Below, in pieces: positions 19,271 to 28,094 of a stretch of DNA of 58,054 nucleotides (position 1 is the stretch's first letter; each line of letters starts with the position of its first letter). The notes beneath the pieces were generated by a model. That model was not told where the DNA came from and ran no database searches. It saw nothing but the letters and a program-made list of their open reading frames with translations. A program made the position numbers and the translations under genes. The stretch is from a virus (Duplodnaviria; Caudoviricetes). Location: positions 1 through 58,054 of the IMG/VR virus record IMGVR_UViG_3300027575_000004; one strand, given 5' to 3'.

Positions 19271-19847
19271 GAGATATGACCTTGAGTTCGTCCGGCAGGT
19301 GCCAGCCGTTATGAGGGGCATTTGCCAATGCCGCGTTGTAATCACGTCGGCTTTGGATATTTAGTCGCATCAACTGCCGAATATCGGGAAATTCTTCGTC
19401 GGGCAACAGCCATTCGAGACAGGCAACAACCGTCTCAAAATCGTCCAGTGCATCATAAGGTACTGATCGGCAAAGCTCATGATGCTTGGCGTAATCAAGC
19501 CATGCAAGCGCGAGGTCGCAATATCGGCTGTAATACGCTCGGCTTTCGCGGCTTGACTGCTGCCAGTAATTCTCGAACGACCTGATTACATCGGCCTTTG
19601 GACGCTCGATTATCAGGGTTCTGGGACCAAGTTCGTCTAGGATGCGCTCAATCTGAAACGCGAGCGACGAATCGGAAATCCCCATCGAGATGCCTACGGA
19701 CGAATGCCAGAATTCAGCCAAGGCCTCGAAGCTGTCGAGATGGGGTGTGGGCTCGTGAAAGCAGGCCGACTCAGGGCCGCTTGTCGCGACCGCGAACCAT
19801 GCCGTCCGCGATCTCGGCAACCCGGTTATCAGGTATCGCCCACTCAT
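19245..19847 (-). CDS. sulfotransferase-like P-loop protein
   Basis: N-terminal ITGLPRSRTAW resembles the PAPS-binding GxPRSGT loop; CFHEP motif. Confidence 0.6.
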   Translation of the reverse strand: MSGRYLITGLPRSRTAWFAVATSGPESACFHEPTPHLDSFEALAEFWHSSVGISMGISDSSLAFQIERILDELGPRTLIIERPKADVIRSFENYWQQSSRESRAYYSRYCDLALAWLDYAKHHELCRSVPYDALDDFETVVACLEWLLPDEEFPDIRQLMRLNIQSRRDYNAALANAPHNGWHLPDELKVISRAPLPQNL

Positions 19848-20452
19848 GTTTTTATCACCTTCAGCACCGTGGCATAAGGCGGCAGAATAGTGATAGGCGC
19901 GCCGCTTCCGGTGTTCTGTATCGTTATCCCCGTTGTCGCGGGAGACGTGTTGCCCGCTTGCGTAGCCCCTACCGCAGTTCCCGTCGTATTAATTGAATCG
20001 GCAACAAGCGAGGCATGAAAGTGGCCCGGATCGGTAACGCCATGAGTATGGGCGGGGAGTTGGGCGGTCGTGAGGGTAATCGCAGATTTGCCCCCGCTTG
20101 ACCCGACCTTATTCGTGCCCGCCCCCATCAAAAACACATTCTGCAAATTCGGAAGATTGAACGTCGTTTTTCCGTCGCCCGTTCCCCAAGATGTGCCGAT
20201 AGCCGAAAACAGCCCAGAATATTGCGCCCGTGCTACCGCTGACCCATCACATGCCAGCCAGCCAGAGGGCGCTACAGTACCCGCAAAATCACCAATCATC
20301 CCGCTAGGAACAGTGAGGTTTCCCTGATACGCGCCTAGCCTAGTCCAGAGACTTTGAAAAAACAGAAACCATGGCCTCGTGATCGTGAAACTCGGCAAGT
20401 TCACGAGAGGCTGTGTGATGTTCGGAACACCCTGATTGCCGGAACTGCTCAT
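19844..20452 (-). CDS. tail protein with phage tail-collar domain (gp26 position)
   Basis: ITRPWFLFF N-term; APSGWLACDGSAVARAQYSGLFSAIGTSWGTGDGKTTFNLPNL collar; LPAHTH. Confidence 0.85.
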   Translation of the reverse strand: MSSSGNQGVPNITQPLVNLPSFTITRPWFLFFQSLWTRLGAYQGNLTVPSGMIGDFAGTVAPSGWLACDGSAVARAQYSGLFSAIGTSWGTGDGKTTFNLPNLQNVFLMGAGTNKVGSSGGKSAITLTTAQLPAHTHGVTDPGHFHASLVADSINTTGTAVGATQAGNTSPATTGITIQNTGSGAPITILPPYATVLKVIKT

Positions 20453-23142
20453 GTGATATTCGCCGCCATGATGCCCACAGCGAAAACATCGGTACTCGAA
20501 AGCCTGAAGATGCGATCTAGCCCTCCCGTTCGCGAAGTCGTTCCCAGGCGCCGGAACATCACGCGAATACCTGTCTCCCCGACCTTACCCGCCGACTGAA
20601 ACCGCTCGTTAGACCACGTATGACCGCCATCGTCGGACCAATCCAAAACCACCTGCGGATTAGTCCCGTCAGGAACGCCGATACCAGTCTGCATGTCTAT
20701 TTGAAGCGCGGAGAACCGAACCGGATCATAAACAGCTTTTGGCAATGCCCGCCATGACCGCACCCATTTTCGTCGCACGCCATTGTCCGTTTGTGCGTTT
20801 TGATCGAGCAAGTACAAATTGCCGTTGAGGTAGTCACCCACGATAGGTTGACCGTTGAAGAATGAAAAGCAATTCGAGTTGTGGCGATTGAATGCGCCAT
20901 TTAAGAACCCGGCCCACGAGTGCCAGAGTTTTGTCGATAGATCGTAGACCCAAGTTGCATTCGCATTGGGAAATATCAGGACATAGAAGCAATGCCCGGC
21001 AATGAGGACAGAATACGCTCTGGCGTCCGACACCTTCTCGTACTGCGAAATCGCGTACTCAATCGCGAACGTTGAAATCTTTATCGGCTCATAGCCTGTG
21101 ACCATGACGACCGTGCAATTACCCTCGACAAATTGAGCGAGCCAGATGAGAGACTCGCCACATTTCGCGAGTGAAAATGGAGCCGCACACCCAGTCTCGG
21201 AAAAGACGCCAGACTCTCTCTGAAACGTAAAACCGGGCAGTCCTGCATTCGCCCAGACTTCCGTATCGTACTGCTTGATGAGAAAAAATTGATTGTGCAG
21301 ATTTCCGATGGCGACAACATCATCAGGTAGTCCATCCGCACTCGAAAAATTCAGCGCATCCCAATAGGACAGGTCGAACAGATTGGATTGCCACCACTGA
21401 TCGGTCCCCGATTGGTTCACAACCCCAAATCCATCCTGATATGACGCGGAAACAGGACCAGAAAAGGGGAGAGTCAGGGGATAAAGATGAACGAGAGACC
21501 CAAATGTAGGCAGCGCAAGTACGAGACCGCTTCCGCTTCCAGAAGTCGAAGCCTGCGTAAATGCCGGTGCGGTTGTCATTGTTGTACTGCTGACGTTCAA
21601 AGTCAGATCGCTCGTTGTCCACGTCGAGCCCGAACCTGAAACAATCGTCACTGTGGCTGGGATTGTGCCATTGAAATCTATAAGCGATTGTCCGGCTGCA
21701 ATCGTACCCGTAATACCGGATGCAGTCAGGATTCCATTGAGAATAGAGCCGGTAAAATCCGCCCCATCGGAAGGTTTGGGATTGAAAGCGCCTGTTAGCG
21801 TGACAGTGTAGGTGCCGACGACGCCTGAAGAAACCGGCGTGCCGAACGTCGGCGATGTCAGAGTAAACCCCGTGCCTGATCCAGATGTGGAGGCCTGTGT
21901 GAAGCTTGTCGGGTTCGAGGAAAATGAGCCCGGCAAAGAGACTTCAATTCCCGTCACAACACCATTAGCGCCTGCGCTTCCGAAGGTTGGATTGATGAAC
22001 TCCAAGCCTGTTCCAGACCCCGAGGTAGATGCCTGCGTGAAAAGCGCGGGCGTGGGATTGAAGAATCCTCCGCTCGTGATCGAAACTCCATTGGGCACAC
22101 CACTTGTTCCAAGTGGCCCGTAAACCGGATGCTCGACAATGAACCCTGTTCCGCCTCCCGATGTTGCGGACTGGAAGAAGCCCGTTGGCTTGACCGTAAA
22201 GGCTCCGGGAATAGTCACGCTCGCGGATGTAACAGCCCCGCTCGATGTTCCTGTCACCGTCAACTCGGCAGTGGAAAGTTGCGTGCCGCTCGAATTGGCG
22301 TTCAGAGTGATTGTGTCGCCATTTGTATATCCCGTCCCTAATGGCGGCGAGATTGTGACCGATGCGAGAGGATAGGCTTGAGCAAGAGATGTAACTGTTA
22401 GGACTGCGGCCTCGAATTGCGTGCCGCCAGAGTTTTGAAGCGTGATCGTATCGTTGATGGCATAATTTGCCATCGAACTGCCCGCTATCGCGCCTCCGGT
22501 TAACGGATACGAGGCAGAAGCGACTTCGGTAACTTCAACTTGTGCCGCCTGAATTTGCGTGCCGCCAACGGCGACAAGATTTATGATGTCTCCGATGTTG
22601 TAATTCGTATTGGTTCCGCCAATAGCTCCGCCCAAGAGCGGCGCGCCTGTGGGGACTGAGGTAACCGTAAGTTCGGCACTTGCGTTCTGAGTACCGTTAG
22701 TGGCTTGGAGCAGTACTGTGTCTCCCACAGCATATTCCTGCATGGGACCGCCAAGCGTCCCGCCCGATAGCGGATACCCTCCCGGAACGAGGTAACCATT
22801 CTGCCCGTCGAATATGACAAGCTGCGAACCGTTTTGAATGATGCTGACAGCGCCTCCGCTCGTGCCTATCGTGCCGAGCAACGTGACATTCCATGAAGTC
22901 GTGACGGAATAAACCTGATTGCCGCTCACCGCGTAAAGCGTAGTGCCTAACGCACCAATTCCTCGAACGGGGCCGGAACCGACTATGGCTTGGAGCGTGA
23001 GGCCGGGAGTTGTGTAGAGCGCACCAATTGAGCGGCCCGTTTTTGTCTCGACAAATTCGGGGAACAAATTGATGCAAATCTGGTTGGCTTCGTTAAGCGT
23101 TCGCGCTTGGTAGAAGCCGCCGAAGATGGGACTCTCAGGCAT
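20449..23142 (-). CDS. P22 gp10-like tail hub / packaged DNA stabilisation protein with ~430-aa repeat insertion
   Basis: ICINLFPE, LYTTPGL, TWVYDLSTKLWH, WSDDGGHTWSNE, FRRLG motifs. Confidence 0.85.
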   Translation of the reverse strand: MPESPIFGGFYQARTLNEANQICINLFPEFVETKTGRSIGALYTTPGLTLQAIVGSGPVRGIGALGTTLYAVSGNQVYSVTTSWNVTLLGTIGTSGGAVSIIQNGSQLVIFDGQNGYLVPGGYPLSGGTLGGPMQEYAVGDTVLLQATNGTQNASAELTVTSVPTGAPLLGGAIGGTNTNYNIGDIINLVAVGGTQIQAAQVEVTEVASASYPLTGGAIAGSSMANYAINDTITLQNSGGTQFEAAVLTVTSLAQAYPLASVTISPPLGTGYTNGDTITLNANSSGTQLSTAELTVTGTSSGAVTSASVTIPGAFTVKPTGFFQSATSGGGTGFIVEHPVYGPLGTSGVPNGVSITSGGFFNPTPALFTQASTSGSGTGLEFINPTFGSAGANGVVTGIEVSLPGSFSSNPTSFTQASTSGSGTGFTLTSPTFGTPVSSGVVGTYTVTLTGAFNPKPSDGADFTGSILNGILTASGITGTIAAGQSLIDFNGTIPATVTIVSGSGSTWTTSDLTLNVSSTTMTTAPAFTQASTSGSGSGLVLALPTFGSLVHLYPLTLPFSGPVSASYQDGFGVVNQSGTDQWWQSNLFDLSYWDALNFSSADGLPDDVVAIGNLHNQFFLIKQYDTEVWANAGLPGFTFQRESGVFSETGCAAPFSLAKCGESLIWLAQFVEGNCTVVMVTGYEPIKISTFAIEYAISQYEKVSDARAYSVLIAGHCFYVLIFPNANATWVYDLSTKLWHSWAGFLNGAFNRHNSNCFSFFNGQPIVGDYLNGNLYLLDQNAQTDNGVRRKWVRSWRALPKAVYDPVRFSALQIDMQTGIGVPDGTNPQVVLDWSDDGGHTWSNERFQSAGKVGETGIRVMFRRLGTTSRTGGLDRIFRLSSTDVFAVGIMAANIT

Positions 23143-23162
23143 GTGTTATACGCCCCATGCCG

Positions 23163-23909
23163 CTAGATGCTGCGCGAACTTCTGTCCGTATACACGTTGT
23201 ACGGGACTTGTGCTCTACTTACAATCTCAGGTTCCATCACCGCCACATTCGGACGCATGTTCTTGCGCTTGATATCGCCCAGCGTCTTTAGAGCTTCAGC
23301 AACCACAAGCGGATCAATCTGTGCCGTCGAATAATACGGCTTCAACATCACAGCGAGATTGGTCACGATGGCTCGCTTATATCCGGGGGGGAGTTCAAGC
23401 GACGAATAGAGTGTCGATAGTTCTGCCAATTGTGCCGTGGTCGTCAGAAACATCGTATAGGCGATAGTCGGGAACGGGCAGACATTGACGATACCGAGCG
23501 GAAATTGAGGATCGTAGAAAACCGTATCGGGGAAGTCGGATGTGACAAGGCTCGAATTGTTTCCAATCATGTTCCATTGGTCGAGCGGAACGACGCTGAC
23601 GCCGTACTTATTTCCGTTCGTGTCGATCACGTAAGCGCAGCCGGGGCCACTGATGAGCTTTAACGGCCTCTGAACATTAATCTGGCCGCCTATGCCGATA
23701 GTATATTGGTTCTGCATCGGAACGAGCGGGAACGAAATCTGTTGAATGTAGAAGCACGCAAGCGTGAGGTTAGACCAATTGTCCAAAAGGTCGTTCAGGA
23801 CCGAAAGCCCCGTGTCGCCATCGGCACCGTCAATCTGCTCCCCGGGGCCATAGACGCCTAGGAGGTTAAGAGCATCTGTGAAGATGGAAAGCGCTGTGGG
23901 CGTGGTCAT
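23163..23909 (-). CDS. P22 gp4-like head-to-tail adaptor
   Basis: ALNLLGV...GLSVLNDLLDNWS, LPPGYKRAIVTNLAVML; synteny. Confidence 0.75.
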   Translation of the reverse strand: MTTPTALSIFTDALNLLGVYGPGEQIDGADGDTGLSVLNDLLDNWSNLTLACFYIQQISFPLVPMQNQYTIGIGGQINVQRPLKLISGPGCAYVIDTNGNKYGVSVVPLDQWNMIGNNSSLVTSDFPDTVFYDPQFPLGIVNVCPFPTIAYTMFLTTTAQLAELSTLYSSLELPPGYKRAIVTNLAVMLKPYYSTAQIDPLVVAEALKTLGDIKRKNMRPNVAVMEPEIVSRAQVPYNVYTDRSSRSI

Positions 23910-24805
23910 TATTCAGCCTGTTTGGCTCCGCGTCCCGGACGCTTCTTCGGTGTACCGTCTTTCTTGCGGCCGAACGGCGCGTCAGCATCGGGAACAGGGC
24001 TTGGACTTAGTTTCTCCAAGGCTGCGTTCACTTCCTCGGACACGAAGACTTCCCCGGAATGTTTCTCGACCTTGGAGGGAACCATGTGCGCCAGATGATA
24101 CTTACCCATCGGGCCTTCACCAGCAGGGTCGTCATCGCCGATTCCGTCGCCGCAGATGACGCACTTCTCGACGACCTTGGGCTTGAGGCCTAACAGTTTT
24201 GCTTCCTCGGCGGCGCTATTCACGATCTTGTCGCCGACCCATTTGGGATATTCTTGAACGCCATTGCGAGACGCAGCGCCCGGATCAATCAGTGTGCCGT
24301 TGACCCATTTCGGGAATTCCTGCGTAACTGCGCTCGGATCGAAAGGTGCTGCGTGGGCTGTCCGAACTGCGTCGGGGTCCGCAACCCCAGCCCGCTTGTA
24401 ACCGTTCTGCTCAAGCGCTTTTTCTTCGGTCGGGTTGTTTGCGGCACGAGGCGGAAACTTCTCGGGACGACCCGGAATTTTGTTGAATACAATGCCCTGA
24501 TCGGTCTTGATCGGAACCGTCTCGTCGGGAACGGCGTCAACGTGGTCAGGATGCACAAGCATGACCGGATATTCGGACCACTCGGGAGGCGGGGGAGGCG
24601 ATTCGCTAGGCATGAAGTAGCCTTTGGAACGATAAAGCGCTTCCTGATCGGCGGTTTCGACCGTCACGGGCGGAAACAACTCGGGAGTACCGACGTAATC
24701 TTTGAACGGCCTACCGGACGAAGCATCAACGGATTCAATCGCCTGCGGCACGCTCTTGCGATATTGCGGATGATGCATCGTCTTGGGTTGATATTTCTCG
24801 GTCAT
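23909..24805 (-). CDS. hypothetical protein with repeated E(Y/F)PKW-type modules
   Basis: EYPVML, QEFPKWV, QEYPKWV repeats; basic C-terminal tail. Confidence 0.65.
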   Translation of the reverse strand: MTEKYQPKTMHHPQYRKSVPQAIESVDASSGRPFKDYVGTPELFPPVTVETADQEALYRSKGYFMPSESPPPPPEWSEYPVMLVHPDHVDAVPDETVPIKTDQGIVFNKIPGRPEKFPPRAANNPTEEKALEQNGYKRAGVADPDAVRTAHAAPFDPSAVTQEFPKWVNGTLIDPGAASRNGVQEYPKWVGDKIVNSAAEEAKLLGLKPKVVEKCVICGDGIGDDDPAGEGPMGKYHLAHMVPSKVEKHSGEVFVSEEVNAALEKLSPSPVPDADAPFGRKKDGTPKKRPGRGAKQAE

Positions 24806-25524
24806 GCCGCGTCCTTCGCGCTATGTTCGCGAGCAAGCTTAGCCTTTTGCCGGAATGTTTCCAAATGGTCCGAGAGTTTGCCCGACCATGTTTTACCGCC
24901 GCGATGTTTGAACTCGATATTCGGGTCCACCCAAGTTTCGAAGCCCATCGCTCGGGCATACCGACAGAACGCTACATCCTCCCCGCACCACCACCCGTCC
25001 GCATCCAACCCCGCATTGAATATAAGCGGGTAATCCGCCACTTCGCCATCCATCTCTATGTCTTTGAACCGAGCGGCGTTGGCTGCGAGGCTTTCCAATA
25101 CCTCGCGCTTGATCCGCATGAAACCGGCGCTCGCAAACCCTGCACGAAACAGCCCTTGGTCTGTAATCAATTCTCCGGTCTCAACGTCGGATTCGAGACC
25201 CACGGGCCAATCGAGACTGTCAGACTTCTTCGGATATATGCCTGCCAGTATCGGCTCTGGACGAAGGCAGAATTCGACGACCTTTTCGGGCTCCCATCCT
25301 ATATCGTCGTCAAGGGAGAAAAAATCCGTGCCATCGCCATCAAGGAACTGCTGTACAAGTTTGTTCCTCGCCTTGGCGACAAAGCAGTCGCCGCCACGGT
25401 CTATGTACCCGTGCGGAATGCCGTTGTCCTTTAAGAGCCAAATCGTTCGCGTCCACGAGCGCTTGAAATCGAGCGAGACGGAATGACTCAATGACGGCGT
25501 TGCAAATATAACCATCTGGCTCAT
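24802..25524 (-). CDS. GT-A fold glycosyltransferase-like protein
   Basis: ARNKLVQQFL, FFSLDDDIGW (DxD), AGFMRIKREV, GEDVAFC, WVDPNIEFKHRG. Confidence 0.8.
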   Translation of the reverse strand: MSQMVIFATPSLSHSVSLDFKRSWTRTIWLLKDNGIPHGYIDRGGDCFVAKARNKLVQQFLDGDGTDFFSLDDDIGWEPEKVVEFCLRPEPILAGIYPKKSDSLDWPVGLESDVETGELITDQGLFRAGFASAGFMRIKREVLESLAANAARFKDIEMDGEVADYPLIFNAGLDADGWWCGEDVAFCRYARAMGFETWVDPNIEFKHRGGKTWSGKLSDHLETFRQKAKLAREHSAKDAA

Positions 25525-25751
25525 TCACTCACCGCCTGACCGAGATAGACGTTCCCAATAGCTTTGAGAACATCGGCCGTGATCGCGCGCGACATTCGAG
25601 CGACGTAAGCGGCTTCCGCCGCTTCTTCACTAAGCGGGACCGGGTGACCATTTGCGTTGAAGAGCGTCGCGGCTGGATCGGGCCGTCTTCGCATTTCGTC
25701 CGATGCTGCGAGAAATGCGTTTGCGAGACTGCCTAAAACATTGTCGCTCAT
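25521..25751 (-). CDS. hypothetical protein
   Basis: short ORF coupled to the glycosyltransferase gene. Confidence 0.55.
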   Translation of the reverse strand: MSDNVLGSLANAFLAASDEMRRRPDPAATLFNANGHPVPLSEEAAEAAYVARMSRAITADVLKAIGNVYLGQAVSE

Positions 25752-25875
25752 ATGCTTGCCTCATTGAGCTTCGGGGAAATCACTTATAGGCAACCGCCGG
25801 ATATGGGGCAAGCCACACCCGGCGGTCCCCTCAATGAGTGGGCCTAGAGGAGCGCAACACTCACGAGCCCACAGA

Positions 25876-26943
25876 TTACGGACCAGCGAGAAGCCCGAGA
25901 GAAACCATCGCGCCGTGGTCGCCGCCGCCTGCGGCGGCATTGAACGCCGTGCTGGAACCGGCTGCCGGGGCCGCAGTCGGGAACGAGCCGATAGTGTAGG
26001 TTTCCGCAGGCGGGACAATCGCCGCCGCCGTATCGTTGGAATAATTGATCGCCAGTGTATTGAGCGCGGAGACGCGAGCGCCCGCGATGGCAAGTCCCGG
26101 CGTCACGCTCGGCTTGTTCACAAATACCGGCGTATTGGCAGGGAGCCCAGCGACCGTGAATGTCTGCTCTGCCGTTGTATTCGCAGCGACCGAAACGGGC
26201 GTAAGCGCGGCGGTCAAAACCTGCTCAACCGGAGCAAGCCCAAGCCCTGCCTGTGCAAACACAAGATAGGATTCCGAAGCAGTAGGGGTAATCGTCGCAG
26301 CCGTGAAGTTCTGGAACGTGATCGCAATGGAGCCCGCAGCCACAACACGCGCGCCAAGGATCGCAAGGCCCGCCTGTGCAGTGGGCTTGTTGACCGCAAC
26401 AGCGGCCCCTGCGCCAACACCAGCGACCGCGAAGATTTGCTCGGCCGTGATGTTGGGACCAACCGCCGCCGGGCTCAGAACCGCCGTATAAAGCATCGAC
26501 GCGGGAATTGCCGTCACATAGTAGGTTTCGGAAGCGGTCGGAGTGATTGCCGCAGCCGTATCATTACCGAACGTGATCTGCACCGTATTGGTCGCAGACA
26601 CACGCGCTGTCGCCACAACAAGTCCAGCCTGCGAAGTCGGCTTATTGACGATAACAAGCTGGCCCGTCGCCACGCCGGTAACGGTGATCGCCTGTTCGGC
26701 CGATGTATTGGCCGCAACTGAAGTCGGGGACTGCGTTGTCGCATAAACGGTCACGGTGCCAGTCGCGCCGCGAAGCGAGCCGGTAGAGCCGGGTTGCTGG
26801 ATCGGAGTTTTCCCAAAAAAACCAATCTCATCGAGAGGGCTGACGCCCAATAGCGTCCCGCCCCCTCCCTGAAGCCCGTTGCCGTCAGAAAGCTGCTTGG
26901 TGGTAACGTCGAGGCCCAACGGGGCGGCTGTAACAACGGGCAT
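25876..26943 (-). CDS. putative capsid decoration protein with three tandem beta-rich repeats
   Basis: IGFFGKTPIQQP N-term; 3x ~70-aa repeat P.SV.AN..AEQ.F.V.G...VNKP...GL....ARV; downstream of coat. Confidence 0.7.
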   Translation of the reverse strand: MPVVTAAPLGLDVTTKQLSDGNGLQGGGGTLLGVSPLDEIGFFGKTPIQQPGSTGSLRGATGTVTVYATTQSPTSVAANTSAEQAITVTGVATGQLVIVNKPTSQAGLVVATARVSATNTVQITFGNDTAAAITPTASETYYVTAIPASMLYTAVLSPAAVGPNITAEQIFAVAGVGAGAAVAVNKPTAQAGLAILGARVVAAGSIAITFQNFTAATITPTASESYLVFAQAGLGLAPVEQVLTAALTPVSVAANTTAEQTFTVAGLPANTPVFVNKPSVTPGLAIAGARVSALNTLAINYSNDTAAAIVPPAETYTIGSFPTAAPAAGSSTAFNAAAGGGDHGAMVSLGLLAGP

Positions 26944-26954
26944 ATGTATGCTCC

Positions 26955-27239
26955 TTAATGACTGGTGATCGGTTCAAGCCGGGCATTGCCCCATGTCGGC
27001 AACTTACCCAACGCAATTTGAGAATTCACGGCGACTAGGATCATTTCCGCCGCTTCCTGCCCAATCTTCGGGCCAACAGGATACGGCAACGGTTCACCCT
27101 TCACGTCCACATGGACCTGAAAGAGCGGCTGAATTTCCTTCGGCTGCGTAAAGCGCGATGAAATCTCGCGGGGTATAGGTTCTCCCGCTTCATGGATCGG
27201 CTTCAAACGAACGCCGCGATGGTCACGCATTTTTCGCAT
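26955..27239 (-). CDS. hypothetical protein
   Basis: TGATG coupling to HNH gene. Confidence 0.55.
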   Translation of the reverse strand: MRKMRDHRGVRLKPIHEAGEPIPREISSRFTQPKEIQPLFQVHVDVKGEPLPYPVGPKIGQEAAEMILVAVNSQIALGKLPTWGNARLEPITSH

Positions 27240-28018
27240 CAGTTGACGTTTCTCCAAGAACGACGCTTGCGAATATCACAAATCGTCGCCGCACTCACGC
27301 CATAAGCTTCAGCCAATAGCACGCCGGAGATATTCGTGTCACGAATGGCCGTGATGTCGCGCTCAGTAAACACTTCGGAACGCTGCTCTCCCGCCGCGCC
27401 GCGCTTGTTACGGACAATCGTATCGGCTTGGACTTCTTGCCGAGTCGTGCGGGCTTTGATCGCGAGGACCGTCTGCTTGTGAACACCGTATTCGGCGGCG
27501 ATTACAGCATAGGGGCGAGCATCAGCGAGAATGGCCACAACCTGCTCGTCCGATAGTTTTGCTACCTTCTGGGCCTGCACGAGTCTGCCATAACGGTCGC
27601 GACCCTTACGCATCATGTCGGCGGTGTTTTCGGCTGGCGTACCAGCGTCCAAGTGAGCCGGATTCACGCACTGCGGATTGTCGCAAGAGTGCATGATGAG
27701 TTGATGGCGACCGAGAATTTCTCCGGTCGCAAGCATGTATGAAAAACGATGCGCCTTTCGGACCTTTACACCATGAATTTCGGCCGAGAAGATACCGTAG
27801 CCATCACCGTCCTTGCCTAAAGTCCAAAGCCAGCAACCGTCCGTCTTTTGGACACCCTTCCAAAAACGTTCCTCGGCGGGCAAGCCACGGTTAGCAGCCG
27901 ACAATGGGCGGACAGACACGGGCGAGCCGTGTTTTTTGTTCATCCGCCAATGGTTGACGCACATTCCCATTGCTAACACGACGTTCTCACATCCTTTGAT
28001 GCAGCAAAAATCTGACAT
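27239..28018 (-). CDS. HNH homing endonuclease
   Basis: CWLW, KAHRFSY, MHSCDNPQCVNPAHL..GT..EN..DM..KGR plus two C-terminal HTH-like repeats. Confidence 0.9.
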   Translation of the reverse strand: MSDFCCIKGCENVVLAMGMCVNHWRMNKKHGSPVSVRPLSAANRGLPAEERFWKGVQKTDGCWLWTLGKDGDGYGIFSAEIHGVKVRKAHRFSYMLATGEILGRHQLIMHSCDNPQCVNPAHLDAGTPAENTADMMRKGRDRYGRLVQAQKVAKLSDEQVVAILADARPYAVIAAEYGVHKQTVLAIKARTTRQEVQADTIVRNKRGAAGEQRSEVFTERDITAIRDTNISGVLLAEAYGVSAATICDIRKRRSWRNVN

Positions 28019-28094
28019 AAATACCTCCTTCGGTTTGGAGGATAATCATGCCCGAGATTAGTCTGCGGTGTCAATACTATCCCGAGACGAGCGG

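Noticed and set aside
24254-26721. Long plus-strand ORFs 24254-25033 and 25834-26721
   Set aside because: Antisense shadows of well-supported minus-strand genes in GC-rich DNA; no motifs.
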